Source: Marsupella aquatica
Lineage: Eukaryota > Plantae > Marchantiophyta
Reading direction: 5' to 3'
Assembly (NCBI GenBank): GCA_973895155.1
Contig: OZ316898.1
Location: 19,045,292-19,109,291 of the forward strand
Length of the DNA: 64,000 bases
In this document: positions 11,600-24,680 of the stretch, one piece after another
How positions within the stretch are numbered: the first letter of the stretch is position 1
How the letters are laid out: every line of letters starts with the position of its first letter
Notes under the pieces: generated by a model
What the model was told of the DNA's origin: nothing
Databases searched by the model: none
What the model saw: only the letters and a program-made list of their open reading frames with translations
Made by a program: the position numbers and the translations under genes

Positions 11600-13720
11600 T
11601 ATAGCTCAATACCCGTGCATTGCACAAAAGATGTCATGACGGCCAAGATGTTGCTGAGAACAAAAGAGGTCATGTCGACCAAGAGGTTGTTTCAAGAAAA
11701 AAAGATTTTGTGTTGGCCAAGAGGTTGTTGAGAAAAAAAATGTCCTGTCCCAAGATGTTGTTGAGAACAAAAGATGTTGTGTCGGCCAAGATGCCGGCCC
11801 TAGGCCCTGGGCCCCCAACGTTATTAATAATGGGCCAGACGTGCGAACAGTGGAAGGGTGTGATAAATTCATTTCCAGAATAATTTTTATAATAGGGTTA
11901 TAAAAAGCAAGAGACATTTTTATACAGCTACCCCTTTATAACTATGAAAGGCCAAAATAAATGCAGCACACAATAATTTGCTTCAAGGGGGCCATATTAC
12001 ATTGTGCCATGCGTCACGATATCATTGGTCCACGTGGCTTCATATTATTGGAACACATGTTTAGGCTGAGCTTAGAGACATTAGGGGCATAGTGTACCAT
12101 TTTTGGGGGCCCTAAAATCCAAGGTGTTGAAGGGTTTAGGGTACAAGGGTTTTGGGAGGGTTTTAGATTTGTATTGGGGAACCTGGGGGGAAAACCATTT
12201 GAAAGATACTCCAAATAGTAGTTCAATTTGGACTGTTGCTAATGTGAATTTTTTGATTGTGTTCACTTAGGATCCCTTGAAGATGAAAGACAACACGAGG
12301 GCACATAAGTTGGGGATTTTGTAAGAAGGTTCTCTTAGTTGAGATAAAAGTTTTTTAAGCACTGAACTTACATGTGTACATGCAACAAAATGTTTTCTAG
12401 AGACAGGTATGTGTTTTTCTAAGAATATTAGGAAATAGTCGTGCAAATATTTTTACAGATATGCCCTTATAGTTGAGACAATAGGTAGGTCTGCAAGCAC
12501 TGATACATGTGCTAATTAAACCATAGTGAGTCTTCAAGTAAGTTTAAGTATGTTTCTCCATTCAAACACTCTCTATCTATATATAGAAACCTATTATTTT
12601 ATGCTATACCTTTAATCACTTTTGTATTTACTCAAAAGATTATAAAATTTCAAGACCTTTATAAATGTGACTAATTTATAATTTCTGCAAGGGGCAAATA
12701 AATTCTCTAAACTTAAATTTTTAAGAATAACAAGAGATATTTTTATTGGTGTCCAAAAATAACAAGGGGTATGTGTTAAGGGGTTGTACGCACGTATACC
12801 CTTTAACTATACAAAGGCTGGGGGCCCAGGGGCCCTAGGCCCCTCACTTTGTATAAAAGAAGTGGACCCCCTGCGATCGGGACCTTTTCTTGTCTACCCC
12901 TTGTTATTTCCATTTTACTCTAAAATTTTTCCTTGTTACTGATAATAATTATAATTATTAGTTCAAAATGAATAAAAACTACCCTTTGAGCGCTCACACG
13001 TCCTCCACGTATTAGTTAAGACTGAGGGCCCAGGGGATGCCGGTGAGAAGAAAAGATGGCATGTTGCCCAAGAGGTTGTTGAGAACAAAAGATGCCGTGT
13101 TGGCCAGGAGATCATTGCGAAGAAAGACATTGTGTCACCCAAGATGTTGAGAACAAAATATATATGTCATGTCTGCCAAGATGTTGTGTCGGCCAAGAAG
13201 TCGTTGAGAACAAAAGATGCAGTGTCGGCCAAGAGATTGGTGAGAAGAAAGATGTCATTGCAACCAAGAGGTTGTGGAAGAAATAGAGGTCGTGTTGCCA
13301 ATGATGTTGTAATTAATGTGTTATGCCAAAGGTTTAGTTAAGTATAACAATGTTGTTAAGTACAATCTAGTTCAATACCCGTGTGTTGCACAAAAGATGT
13401 TGTGTCACCAAGATGTCATTATGTGAAAGATGCCGTGAAATAAAAAGATGTCGTTAAGAGTGATGAAGTTGTTTCGCCAAAGATGTAGTTATATGAAACA
13501 CGTTGTCAAGTAAAAGATGTTGTTAAGAAAAAAGAAGCCATTTTGAAAAACCTGTTGTCAAGAAATAAGTTCTCATCAAGTTAAAAATTGTCGTTACAAA
13601 AAAGAAGTTGTTTTGCCAAAGATGTTGTTATGTGAAAGATGTCATGAATAAAAACATGTCGTCAAGTAAAAAGATGATGTGGTGTCAAATTGGTCGTTAT
13701 GTGACAGATGTTGTGAAATT
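11600..13720 (-). mobile_element. Two degenerate Helitron-like 3' termini, each followed by a ~30-bp AAAAGATGT... minisatellite
   Basis: (C)TAG(C/T)TCAATACCCGTG...TTGCACAAAAGATG occurs at ~11601 and ~13368. On the minus strand this reads as hairpin plus CTAG (CTAT in the first). The same architecture forms the 3' end of the complete Helitron at 59932. No 5' ends were found. Confidence 0.5.
11798..13035. mobile_element. Non-autonomous TIR element (MULE-like), ~1.24 kb, inserted in the minisatellite
   Basis: 8-bp TSD GATGCCGG at 11790-11797 and 13036-13043. Termini are CCCTAGGCCC / GGGCCCAGGG, with ~90-bp imperfect inverted arms (11805-11895 vs 12945-13035). Removing it restores the minisatellite unit. 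Superfamily is inferred from TSD length and long TIRs. Confidence 0.65.
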
Positions 13721-13739
13721 CACCACTACTTGGCCCAGA

Positions 13740-16196
13740 AAATTTCTCTTGCATTATCAACTCTGAGTGTCATTATCAACTCTGAGTGTCTTAATTTGGT
13801 TGTCTGGAAATTGTGCTCTCAGTTTTAAATGTGGATCAGTAGTCTGGAAAAAACCAAGTTTCGGGTGGATAACAGTGATATTTGAGACCATTTTGTGGAT
13901 GCATCTATGACAGCTAGGAAAAAGCGGAATGGGCCACTAGGAGGGTCTATCGGTCCACAAACATCGGCGTGTATGCGTTCCAGAAAGTTGGGGATTTGCC
14001 GTTCAGTTGTGGATGGGGAACTCAAGGTCGTATTATTAACTTGCCTTGTGAGCAGGCTAAACAGGGGTCTTTCATTGACGTGGGGTGTACAGTTGCTGGT
14101 ATTCCCTGAGTTTCCTTGATAAGTTTATGGAACATTGTCATTCCAGGGTGGCCCAACCTCCTGTGCCAAATCTCAGTTATTGTGCTCTGTGATGTATCAG
14201 TAGGAAAGCTTTGGATATTAGTGATATAGCAACTGGTGGTGATGCACTCAGGGTCTCTAGAATCTCTGTATTAGGTGGTTCCTTAAAGGTAATGTACAAT
14301 ACTTCCCGTCCATTTTGGATACTGGTCTGATATGTAATTTATTAGCTCGGATGTCTCCAAAGCTCAATAGATTTCTTGTGGCCTTTGGGGCATATATAGC
14401 TGACTTTACCCGAATCACTGTTCCTTGGGGTAAGGTAACTATTGCTGGTCCATATCCCTCTTCCAATTGATGTTGGCCCATTATCAATTGTAAGTTTCCT
14501 TTGTGATGGTGTAATGTGCTGAAAGTATTCTTTGTTTTTCAAAATAGAGTGTGATGTACCACTGTCTATTATGCAATGGGAGGAATTGTCTTGTTTTAGT
14601 GATTTGTGGAATGTATAGTTTGAGTGATTTGTGGAATGTACAGTGACCATATTTATGGAAGGTATTATTTCTGCAGATTCAAGAAATGTTCCATATGTTT
14701 CGGGTTCACTTTGTGTGATGCTTTTCTTGTATAGTTCCACTAAGTGTTTAGGGGCACGTGCGACCCAACTTTTTAATATGCCCTTTAGTTCCACAGTGAA
14801 AACAGGTAGGAGAGTTTTCGTATTTATCTCGTGAAGTGGTTTGCTGAATGATGGTTGGTCCTTTCTCGAGGTTGATTGGTGTCGCGTTGCCAATTATTCC
14901 TCGAGTTGCCACCATTATAACGACATCTTCCTCTGAAACTGCCTCTGAAAGAATTACTTCTGACCCCGCGTCCTCTGAATGAATTATCACGACCTCTGTA
15001 TGAGCCTCTCCCCCTGAAGCTTCCTCGGCCACGGTAAGAGGTTCCTTCTCCTCTTTGTACTGCAGCATAATGTGTTTCCGGATTTGTTGTTGGTGGGAGG
15101 GTTCCAGGGGGCCTCTTTCGTGAGTTCTGTAATAGCAATAACTGATGTTTCTCGGCCAGGAGCATGTGTGCTATCAGCTCGGAGTATTTGGTGAAATGCA
15201 TGTTCCGGTATTGAGTAGAGAGAATCAAATTTGTGGAATGTAGAGTGGATAAAGTTTTCTCAATATGTTCTTCATCATTTACAGGTTGACCGCATATTGC
15301 TAGTTGTGATGTTATCCTGAATAATTCGCTGTTGTATTCCGCAATCGTCTTATGATCCTGAACCCTAAGGTTGATCCAGTCATTTCTGGCTGCCTGTAGG
15401 TAAATTGTGCGAGTATGGTCAAAGCGTGATTTGAGCTTTTCCCATAGAACCCTCGGATTGCATTCGTTCATGTACAGTCTTTTCAAAGAGTCATTGAGAT
15501 GATGTCGGATTAAGATTAAGGCTTTCGCCTTTTGCTGGAGGGTTAGACCATTATCAGTTATGATCGTGTCCTGCAAGTCCTTAGAGGATAAATGGGCCTC
15601 AACATCTAGAGACCAGGACAAGTAATTTGAGCCATCAATGCTGAGGGCTTGAAATAAAAGTTTCTCAATTGCATTCGTGGAGGTTGACATCCTCCTGAAT
15701 TATATTAATGTAGTATCTTTGTAAAGAGTGACTACTCTTTCTATCGGGGTGGAGTTGAAAAATTGGAATGTTGGTGAAATTGGATAGTGGAAGTTAGAAT
15801 TGGAAAGTGGAGTTGGGAAGTAAAATATCTTAGCTTAATAATCAATTTTTCTTCAATTGAAATCCTCCCAAACTTCCAATTCAATTCGCTTGTAATTTCA
15901 ATCTCCAGAATTGATGAAATTGTGCAGTTTACAATGGTTCCAACCTTCAATCCTCCTTAATTTCACCAGCCTCCAATCTCTGCCCAATTTGTTTCTAAAT
16001 CTTAAAAAAAATCAATCAATGAGCATCGTGCTGATAAAGTGTTGCATTATGGTAACCAACTGATTCATTCATTCCTCTCCACATCCTTACATATCATGTC
16101 TCCAAGAGTGCAGTTAGGCAGTTTGGTATGACCTAACTGGAGTAGGGTTAAGTCCAGTTAACTCTATCTCTAGTCTAGTTAACTTGGGTTGCAACA
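13740..16196 (-). mobile_element. Ty1/Copia LTR retrotransposon, Bianca lineage, 3'-truncated inside the integrase
   Basis: 157-bp 5' LTR at 16196-16040 with TGTTGCA...TGCAACA ends. Bianca-type PBS TTATCAGCACGA at 16037-16026. Gag (FQALSIDGSNYLSWSLD, KAKALILIRHHL), protease (CIIDSGTSHSILK), GAG-pre (WHRRLGHPG) and integrase (FLERIHADVCGPIDPPSGPFRFF...STRN) are present with frameshifts. RT, RNase H and the 3' LTR are absent. Confidence 0.9.
14824..15690 (-). pseudogene. Bianca Copia gag ORF (frameshifted before the zinc knuckle)
   Basis: 288-aa ORF with Bianca-type gag motifs and an RGRG-rich stretch. The knuckle CFHCGTKGH is in a different frame (ORF 14748-15068). Confidence 0.85.
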
Positions 16197-18500
16197 ATAA
16201 TGACTTTATATCCAACTCACCATATGAATTTCATTTTAGTCTACTCAAATCTTGTACCTCTCAACTCAAGGAATCCAAAGATGTATCTTTAAAAAAAAAG
16301 TGAACTTGTTTTGATATGGAAAAATTTAATCAAAACCAAATGATATGGCTTCTTTTAATACAGGGACCCATCTACAGCCAAACTAGCCATCCTTTTGGGA
16401 TGTTTTAATAAAAATACAACAAGTTTTGGAATATTTTTTAATTTTATGGGAAAACTTCAAACTTTTAAAAATTGGAAAACCCAAGTTTTTTGAAATTTTA
16501 ATTTTTCTTATAGTCAACTTTTCAGTCCATATAAAAATGTAGACCCTTGCTTATTATACAAGAGTTGCATAACCGGGCTTTCTCTTTGGTCAGATTCATT
16601 ACTTTTTGGACACTTCAAATTCAAAAGATGAACATTGCATTAAAAGGTGGAACATTGTATTATAGTTCTTGATTGCCTTAACTTGAATATATGATATAGA
16701 CCTCGTAATAGTATTTGATTGATAATAAACTTAAGTGAATATCTTTAGGTACAAACAACTAACTTCTTAATTTTTGGAATACAACAAAGGGAAAATTTCA
16801 CTTTAATTCTTAATATGTAATGTGCTTAGATAACCATAACAATATGAAACAAAATTAGAAAAGACTCATCTACCTACCAAGAGCATTGCTTTCTACAAAT
16901 AGAATGCAAATTACTAATACTTAAATTTTCCTTAAGATTGAAAAAATCTACGATTATTCAAATAAAAAGCTTTAAACCACACATCGGGGTATTTAAAGCA
17001 GCAAGGGACTGTACGGCCATAAATGCTGGGCAGGGCGCAGGGAAATCCAGGATCGGGGCAGGAGAGATGGCTCACAACTCCAAACTTCATTAAATTTTAT
17101 TGCAAAAACTATTTACTCATTTTTGAAACTAGAAACACCCAACTGTAGATCTTGTCGAGATCTCTCTTTTGCACCCTAGATCGCCTTCTAACGTGGACGG
17201 ACAAGATTTTAAGATGCAATAAACAATGAACGGCAGAGATTGCAAAATCAATGAATCGACGGCCAGGAGCGCTTAGATTTGTTTTATTTTTAATTTGAGA
17301 AATATAAACCCATTTACAAAACGGAAAAAACCCATCCATAGATCTCCTCGAGGTCTTTCTTTTGAGCCATAGATTGACCAATATGATAGACGGATGAGAT
17401 TTGTGGAGGCAAAACAATCAGACGGCTTAGATCAATATTCCCCCCGAAATTCAAATTTTGAATCCAGCCAATCAGAGCACACCATTCGTTTTTCTATCAT
17501 TTCTCCTGAAATAATAAACCATTTTTTGTGAGATTTTTTGGAGACGTAGATCTCAACAAGACCTACAATTTGAGCCATAGATCACATCCTATGGCTGAGG
17601 GTAGGCGCAGCTATGAGCGTCGATCGGACGGTGGAGGGCAGGCATTGCTGCGTAGCCCGTCGTTTTGCTGTATGGGATACACTTCGTATGGGGACTCCGC
17701 GTTACGCGGAGCCCCTTATACTTGGATGCGTGGTTTAAGTGTTGTAATAAATTATTAATATACTAATATTTCACATCCAGATATGACAGTTCTATAAAAT
17801 TAACCTTTTTGATCATTTATTCTAAAATAACACTATTATGATAAATATTATGTCTGTAAAAATTAGATTTTAAAGTATAGAATAGAGTGCATGCGTTGAT
17901 TTAGCTTTATAAGAAAACAGTTTTAGCAATCATACTAATTGAATGGGGAAAAAAACAAACCTCTATTTCAAGCCTCAGTTGATAAAAGCTTGGGGTTGTA
18001 TTTTAGTGATGCCAAAATTTGTCTAGCAACTCACACAAAATTGCTCATGTCAAAAATTGGATGGACAAAATCCCAGGTACGCAACTCTTGTATAATCGGC
18101 AGAGGTCTACATTTTTATATGGACTAAAAAGTTGGCTATACAAAATAATAAAATTTCCAAAAAACCTGGGTTTTCCATTTTTAAAAATTTTCAAGTCATG
18201 TAAAAGGTTTGGTTTTCTTCCTTTTCCATATGAAATTAAAAATATTCCTACACATGCTGGAATTTTTATTAAAATATTTTTAAAATTTTAATAAAAATCC
18301 TAAAAAGCTGGCTCATTTGGCTGTAGAACCCTGTATTAACAAAACCCATATAATTTGGTTTTGATCAACTTTTAGTATATTAAAACATGTTTGGTTTTCT
18401 TTTTAAGTTACATTTTTTGATTCCTTAAGTTGCGAGGTACAAGACTTTAGAAGACTAAAATAAAATCTAATTTGGTCAATTGGAGATATGACCATTATAA
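16197..18500. repeat. Foldback structure: ~380-bp inverted arms (16197-16580 vs ~18070-18500)
   Basis: TTTTAGTCTACTCAAATCTTGTACCTCTCAACTCAAGGAATC (~16234) is the reverse complement of GATTCCTTAAGTTGCGAGGTACAAGACTTTAGAAGACTAAAA (~18419). The similarity continues along both arms. The Bianca LTR abuts the left arm. Confidence 0.7.
16972..17738. mobile_element. ~770-bp short-TIR element with TTAA at both ends and a subterminal GC hairpin
   Basis: TTAAACCACACATC (16972-16985) vs GATGCGTGGTTTAA (17725-17738). Hairpin GGGGACTCCGCGTTACGCGGAGCCCC at ~17690-17715. Confidence 0.5.
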
Positions 18501-18936
18501 GGAATTAATAACTTGCCTTATAAAAAGGGGAGTTGCATACCTGGGGCCAAAATATCAAGTCACTTCACAAGTAATAAATCAACACAAATTCTAGTCATAT
18601 AAAACATGCAATGATACAAACACTTACCTTGATCATAGTCATCATGAGAAATCTTTAAAAAAAAATGTCTCCCACTTGAGTCTATCCCCAAGTCTATCTC
18701 CCCCTAGGCCCTAGTCAAAAATATTCCTTGAATACACACCAAAAACATCATAAGCATAATCTCAAAGTTACTTACAAATTTAAGCATAATCTTGAACTAT
18801 TCTCAAACCATTAAATTATTCTATTATTATAGAATCTCTACAAACATAAGCCTATGAATTTTTATTGATCAGTAAAACATACACTTGAAGAAAAGAAAAT
18901 CAAATCATGTTTTTCCTTGAAGTTGACTCTATATAA

Positions 18937-19902
18937 AGGTACATTGTTCCTCGTAATTAGTGTTATGTCCAAATTAGTGTTAGTCATACTAATTTATATG
19001 AACTTGACCCAAAAGCAAAAGTAACACTAATTGGTGTCGGTTTTCAAATTTATTTTTTGAGGTTTTGTTTAAATGTTTTGTTTAACATATTATTATGGAG
19101 CATCTAGAGTCGCGGGTGTCTCACTATATGGATGCCTCCCCATCACCTGCGAAGTTTTTAGGCCTTGGACCCCCTAAAATGTAAGAAAAAAATTTATTCT
19201 TCAACCCCTATAAATTTGGAATATTTTTAGAATATTTCAAAAAATGGTTATAAGGACCCTAATGTTCTTATAAGTCTCAAAATTTGATTTAAAAGACCAT
19301 ATTGTTCTTCTCAAAAAATTCTTAAGTCTTCCCTTTGAACCAATAAAATGACCCTATACTTCGTCACACGTGATGTGCCATTTTTGTGGAAGTGAAACCC
19401 CCGAGTCTGGAGGTGAAAGTTCTGTAGTTGTGGAGGGATTTGAGGGCTCCGCAACATTTACTTCCGCGCGCAATCATTTTTGGAGGTTTTACTTCACATC
19501 AAACAGTAGAGCATTTGGAGGTGGGGAGAGCTCTATAGTTGTGGAGGCTAAAGCATCTATTAGGATCTTTTTATGTCAGCTTATATTGAACTATCGCTCA
19601 CATTGTGCTCATCAATCAATGTTAGCCTGAATGAGAGTAACAACTGAATACCCTAACAAACAGCCTGTGGTAAAAGGCTTGGTTGCCAAGAACACTTGAA
19701 GTCCCATCCTTCTGGCCTCTATTCTGGCGCCGCACAATACGAGTCAAAAAGTCACGTGAATTAGTGTTACATAACACTATTTGGCGCGCGTGGAATTAGT
19801 ATTTGCTCAGAATTAGTGTGACTAACATTAATTTGTGAGTAGACCCCAAAAATGGGCGCTCTTGAATTAGTGTTACTCACCCTAATTACGGTGAATAGTG
19901 TA
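18937..19902. mobile_element. Degenerate MITE-like element with AATTAGTGT subterminal repeats
   Basis: TACATTGTTCCTCGTAATTAG at the left end resembles the reverse complement of CTAATTACGGTGAATAGTGTA at the right end. Multiple AATTAGTGT motifs cluster at both ends. No clear TSD. Confidence 0.4.
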
Positions 19903-22900
19903 GTTTTTTTTCAACATGATCATTATGACTCTTACTGCACTTATGGGTTTGTTCTTGGTTTCCATTTGCCATTAAAATTGATGAGAATTTCTTTTTAACA
20001 TTTGTCATTACTAGACAAATCATGATGAATAAAATACACTTGTCTCCCCACAAAACAATTAAAAAATTATTATTTTTTGAGTTTATGAATTTGTTTGCTA
20101 GTGATGCCAGCTTTTACTTGTGCAAACTTCAAATACTTTTAAAAACATCTCATATTTTTCTAGACAAGTCCAATACATATTCATTGCACAAAAATGTTGA
20201 GAAACAATGAAGTGTAGGTGATTGCCTAGAGCTCCTTGCCTCCAAGATCATTCCTCGCTTACCCTTGTGATAACAATTTGTCATGAGAACAAGTGAGGTA
20301 ACAACTACATTGAAGAGTTGCAATGTGGATTACTCAGGGAGGTGAAAAGAACATGAGAGAGGTGGAGACGAAGAAGGGATGACAATATTATGTACCCTAC
20401 TTACCGAGAAGCTCCTTCTAAATTCTTGGCACCATATTTGGGTACATCATTGGTTTTCGTCACAAAGAGTAACTTGTATGATTATGACAACAAACAACTA
20501 TTCATGTTTTTCTTCTCTCTTTTACCTTTTCCCTCATTCATCTTCCCTTTTCTTTCCGCCCATCCCCGCACAAAGGAGGGCACACACAAACTACAAGGGA
20601 GATCCTTGTGCTAGGCAAGGGAGGTGCCAAGGGTTAAGAGAGAATTTTTGCGGACTTCATCACCAGGAAAGATATTAAGGGAAAAAACTAGTAAAACAAA
20701 CAAATGTAATATTACCAATGCGAGAAAAAATATTGAGCTGGACCCACATACTAGTTTGCCCTATTTGAGGACTGCGGATTTTCATCCCGTGACCTAACTC
20801 AAAGCATTCTAGACACAGAAAACCACCAGGGAAGAGCCACTTTGAGATGATGTAGTGCAACCCCTAAATCCTGCTTGCCTCCTGCCCTCCTTCTGCATGG
20901 CGCAAGGAAGCCTCCAGGATACCAAGACACATGCTGCAAATGGCAACCAGGGCTAGTCCGAGTGTGTTTTTCAAGTGTTAACATTTGCCAATTTCCACCC
21001 CATACAAAGTATTTGCCACTTTGTTTTTTTGTCTTCGAGGCCACTTTGCTACCCGCTTTGCTACCTAGCCACAAGGACCCCATTTGCCAGAGTCTGATGG
21101 TTCTTCTTAAATCTAGGGAAACCTAATGGTCATAATTTAATCCAATAAAATTCTCTAAGAAATATTATTAGAGCAGTCTACTTCAATTCACATCAGGTGA
21201 CATTCACCACTCTGGACGGGAATAAAGGAACAACCTTGACGAACAGCCTGGTAGCAATAAGAGGGCTGGATGGGAAAAAAGTAAAACCGTTAAAAATAGC
21301 CTGGTAGCGAGAAGAAGGCTACAAGGTACCAGGCTAGTTGAGTGTGGAGCACTGCAGGGCTAGAGGGGCTGGGGCGGGAGGGAATGTGGTCTGCTGGCCC
21401 CAATAAGTCCCTTTCAAAAGAAGGGGTCTCATCAGGGGTTTGTTTCCCTAGAGGGGCCCATCAAGTCTCCATTGATATTATCTTGCCATTGAGTATGAAA
21501 CCATTAGCTGGTTCCCACAAAAGTTTCCTAGGTTCATAAATTCATTTCAAAGGCACAAAAATTCAAAGTTACTACTCAAATTTTGAACTCAGGTATCTTA
21601 AAACCAAAATGAAAATATCTGTTTATTGTTGCACTAGCTTCTGAGTGTCAACATATTGGATGAGCTTGTGTGGGGAAATTGAGTGAGAATGAAAATCAGC
21701 CATATGGTCTTCACTTATTTTTTTCCTACCCATGACACATGAATTAGTTCATGGACCCCTTAGCTTAGGGTTCACTTGAGCTAAAAACTTAACGCATGTA
21801 AAATGTCTGGATACAAAAAAGGGTGTGCAATGCTGGTTGCTATCTTTTCCATGACATGAATCTTTAAATAGGGCCTCCGAGAAATCAGCTGTGTACAAAA
21901 TGGAAACCATTAGACAGGAGGAAATCACAGGACATTGAATTCAACCACACCAGAGCAGATAATTAAATTTAGCTGAAAAGGCTGATCTAATTGAATTCAA
22001 ACACAGCAGAGCAATTTCAATCTCTCCACGACTGATCTACTTTCATTCATTCAGAGAACAGCAAATTCACTTCATCGACGCTGCTGCAATTTAAATTCGT
22101 TTACGGCATAGCAATTGAATTGAACGACAGGGCAACTTGTCTAATTGGTTTAATCCATAGACTATGTAGCTGAATAATTAAGAAATGGAGTCTGACAATT
22201 CGTTTTCTCCAGGAGCCTAATAAGTACATGAAAATGGCATCAACTTTGACCTTGGTCTTGGCCAGTTCTACTAACACAAGATTTCAAACATGCACCAAAC
22301 TATCTAGCCTATCTAGAATCCAGTTGTCTTTCATCGACGAGCACTCGCTCGCCATAGTAAGCAATTCTAGAGACAGTCGAAAGCACCTCTAAAGACTCTA
22401 AAGATGGTCCTCAGACCAGGCATATGACCAGTAGCAACAACGAAAGAAGGTTTTGTAGCTGCACGTTTTCGTAAACCCTGCTTCCTTGTGGTCCTCCACA
22501 ACACGAGTGTGTGCAGCCAGCAGGAACGTTGCAACCAGAGTTTTCAATCTTGACGATGGGCAACATTGGGAGAATTTGCTCCTACCCGAATCTTCAGGGG
22601 ACATGCAAAGAATGATAAAAATTCTCGCCGTTAATTTTAGGATAATTTTCAATGGAAACTATAAAAAAATCTTACCAAAAGATGGAAGCTTCGAACTCTT
22701 GGTGATTTGAGCTAGGTCTTAATTGTATCTATATTTTGCAGATTCAAATTGATCGGCATTTTCCTATACATCTCTCGTACATTGCTCACTTCTCTCCGGA
22801 TGTCCAATTGTGGGTGTTGTACGTTGATCCCCAGAGTGCCTTTGAGATTTGCTGATTCTGCTTTTCGAATTTGAGGTGCAATGCTGTGGTTCATTCATCA

Positions 22901-23924
22901 TATATATCATTACGAAGCACCTGTATGAAGATTAGGAAGGGTCACAAGTCAGAATTTTACACAAACCACACAGCGTCTGCTAAGGATGAAACTTTGCACA
23001 GAGCCATGCCCCTGACACTATTGTTTCAACAGAGCTTGGCTGTTATTCGTTAAACTTTCTCGTTTCATGGCTGCAGTCCTGGTGATTACAGAATAAGAGA
23101 AGACTCAAAGTCGTTGAAACCTGAAAGACTTTTTGCGTTTAGGGTTCAGAGTTTTCAACCAATTTACTTTTCTCTACAAAGCGTTATTAATAGAATTCAG
23201 TTCTTTCAATCATGTTCATTTCCTCTTGGGCTGGCTTCATGAATGTTCTGTTTTCATATGGAATGTCATTGTACTCACATTAGTTTTGTTGTGACGACCT
23301 CCTAAACCCTTAGCTCCTATCAAGCTCTTTCTGTCCAAGCTGCTATCGAACTCGCAGACCCTGAAGCTTGGTCGTTGCAAGCTCCCCGCCTCGAATTTTT
23401 TGCTCTAAAAATTGTCCCTCAATGTTGCTGAGATGATGGCCAATCTTGCGAATCTTAAGAATGGATTGTTGTTATCTGCATCTAAATGTATCCTCAGATT
23501 GTTTGCTAACACAGTACAAAATGACTCAACGTGGGCTTACCAGTGTTTCAATAAGAGAAGTAGTGACTGCTTAACGCTGGAGACGGGAATGAATCCCAGT
23601 TTCTGTTGCCACAACCAAGAGAAAGAGAGTTGGAGATGCAGGATTCAAATGTAGTCAAACTGTAAACACCACCAAGGCTAGCGAATCCAATGATCTGCAA
23701 ATGGAGTAAGATCGAGAGTACGATCGCAACAAGAACAGAGTAATGTGTATTTTCGTCCAGAAACACAGAAAGTTAACAACATAAGAGCATTAGATAGACC
23801 TACGGAACCTCAATGTGCTGCAACGAACCCCTTTGTCACTGAACATTCTCGTGACCCCTCCCCTGAAATATACATCCCTGCCGCCAATGTGATCCATTAA
23901 CCCACAAGCGCAATTTTTGCTCCA

Positions 23925-24005
23925 CAGCAACATGCCTTGCACTTATCAGTAAGTGTAAGTTGATGGGATTTGCGCTTACAGACAAGTGCTCAAGTACAGT
24001 TATTG
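23925..24005 (+). ncRNA. Candidate pre-miRNA hairpin
   Basis: 21-nt arms 23939-23959 and 23969-23989 pair with 2 mismatches and 3 G:U pairs. The lower stem extends (CTTG/CAAG). It lies in apparently non-repetitive sequence. There is no expression evidence. Confidence 0.35.
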
Positions 24006-24446
24006 AAAGTCTGCACTTATATACAGTAGTTGTCCTTTAGCCAAAGTGACTTTGGACAGTTCTACACTTGCAAAATGTTCATTTGGCCAGTTCTACACTT
24101 CAAAAATGTGCAAAGTCCCATGAACCCGGGAGGAACAGGATGCCTTCCAGTTAGCAAGGATTTGCATTGAGAGAGGGAGAGAGTAATCAGGATTGGGCAC
24201 TTGTTGCACTGGAACTCTGTGTGTACATTTATTACACCTCTCATGTATAAAACACATTTATTACACCTCTCATGTATAAAACAGTGTACTTGTCCAACAA
24301 ATAGAGGCTTTAGAGTCCGTCAATTGATAACTAGTCACCTGGACCATCCCAGCCGCCTGATCTTGACTTCACGGCCCTCCCCATCCTGGCCTGTCCCATC
24401 CCCAACCCCGTCCAGGCCCGAGTATGGGATGGGGAGGGCTGGGCCA

Positions 24447-24680
24447 GGGAATAATGGGGAATATCTGACATTTGGATCGATTTCCACCCGGCAAGTGACA
24501 AGTTGACGTGCCCGACAACTCGGCAAGTTGTCGGTCACTCAAACCAGCCGGTTCCGGGTACGGGACGGGGAACGCCAGGCTGGGAAATAATGGGGAATAT
24601 CCGACATTTGGAGCAATTTCTGCCAGACAAGTGACGAGTTGACATGCCCGACAACTCGACAAGTTGCCGGTCACTCAAAC
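24447..24680. repeat. ~136-bp tandem duplication within a GC-rich MITE-like stretch
   Basis: GGGAATAATGGGGAATATC.GACATTTGG...ACAACTCG.CAAGTTG.CGGTCACTCAAAC occurs at ~24447-24544 and ~24582-24680. Confidence 0.8.

Noticed and set aside
20390-20450. MYPTYREA resembling the Helitron RepHel Y.TFREAC motif
   Set aside because: The match is too short and the flanking sequence shows no further Rep or helicase motifs.
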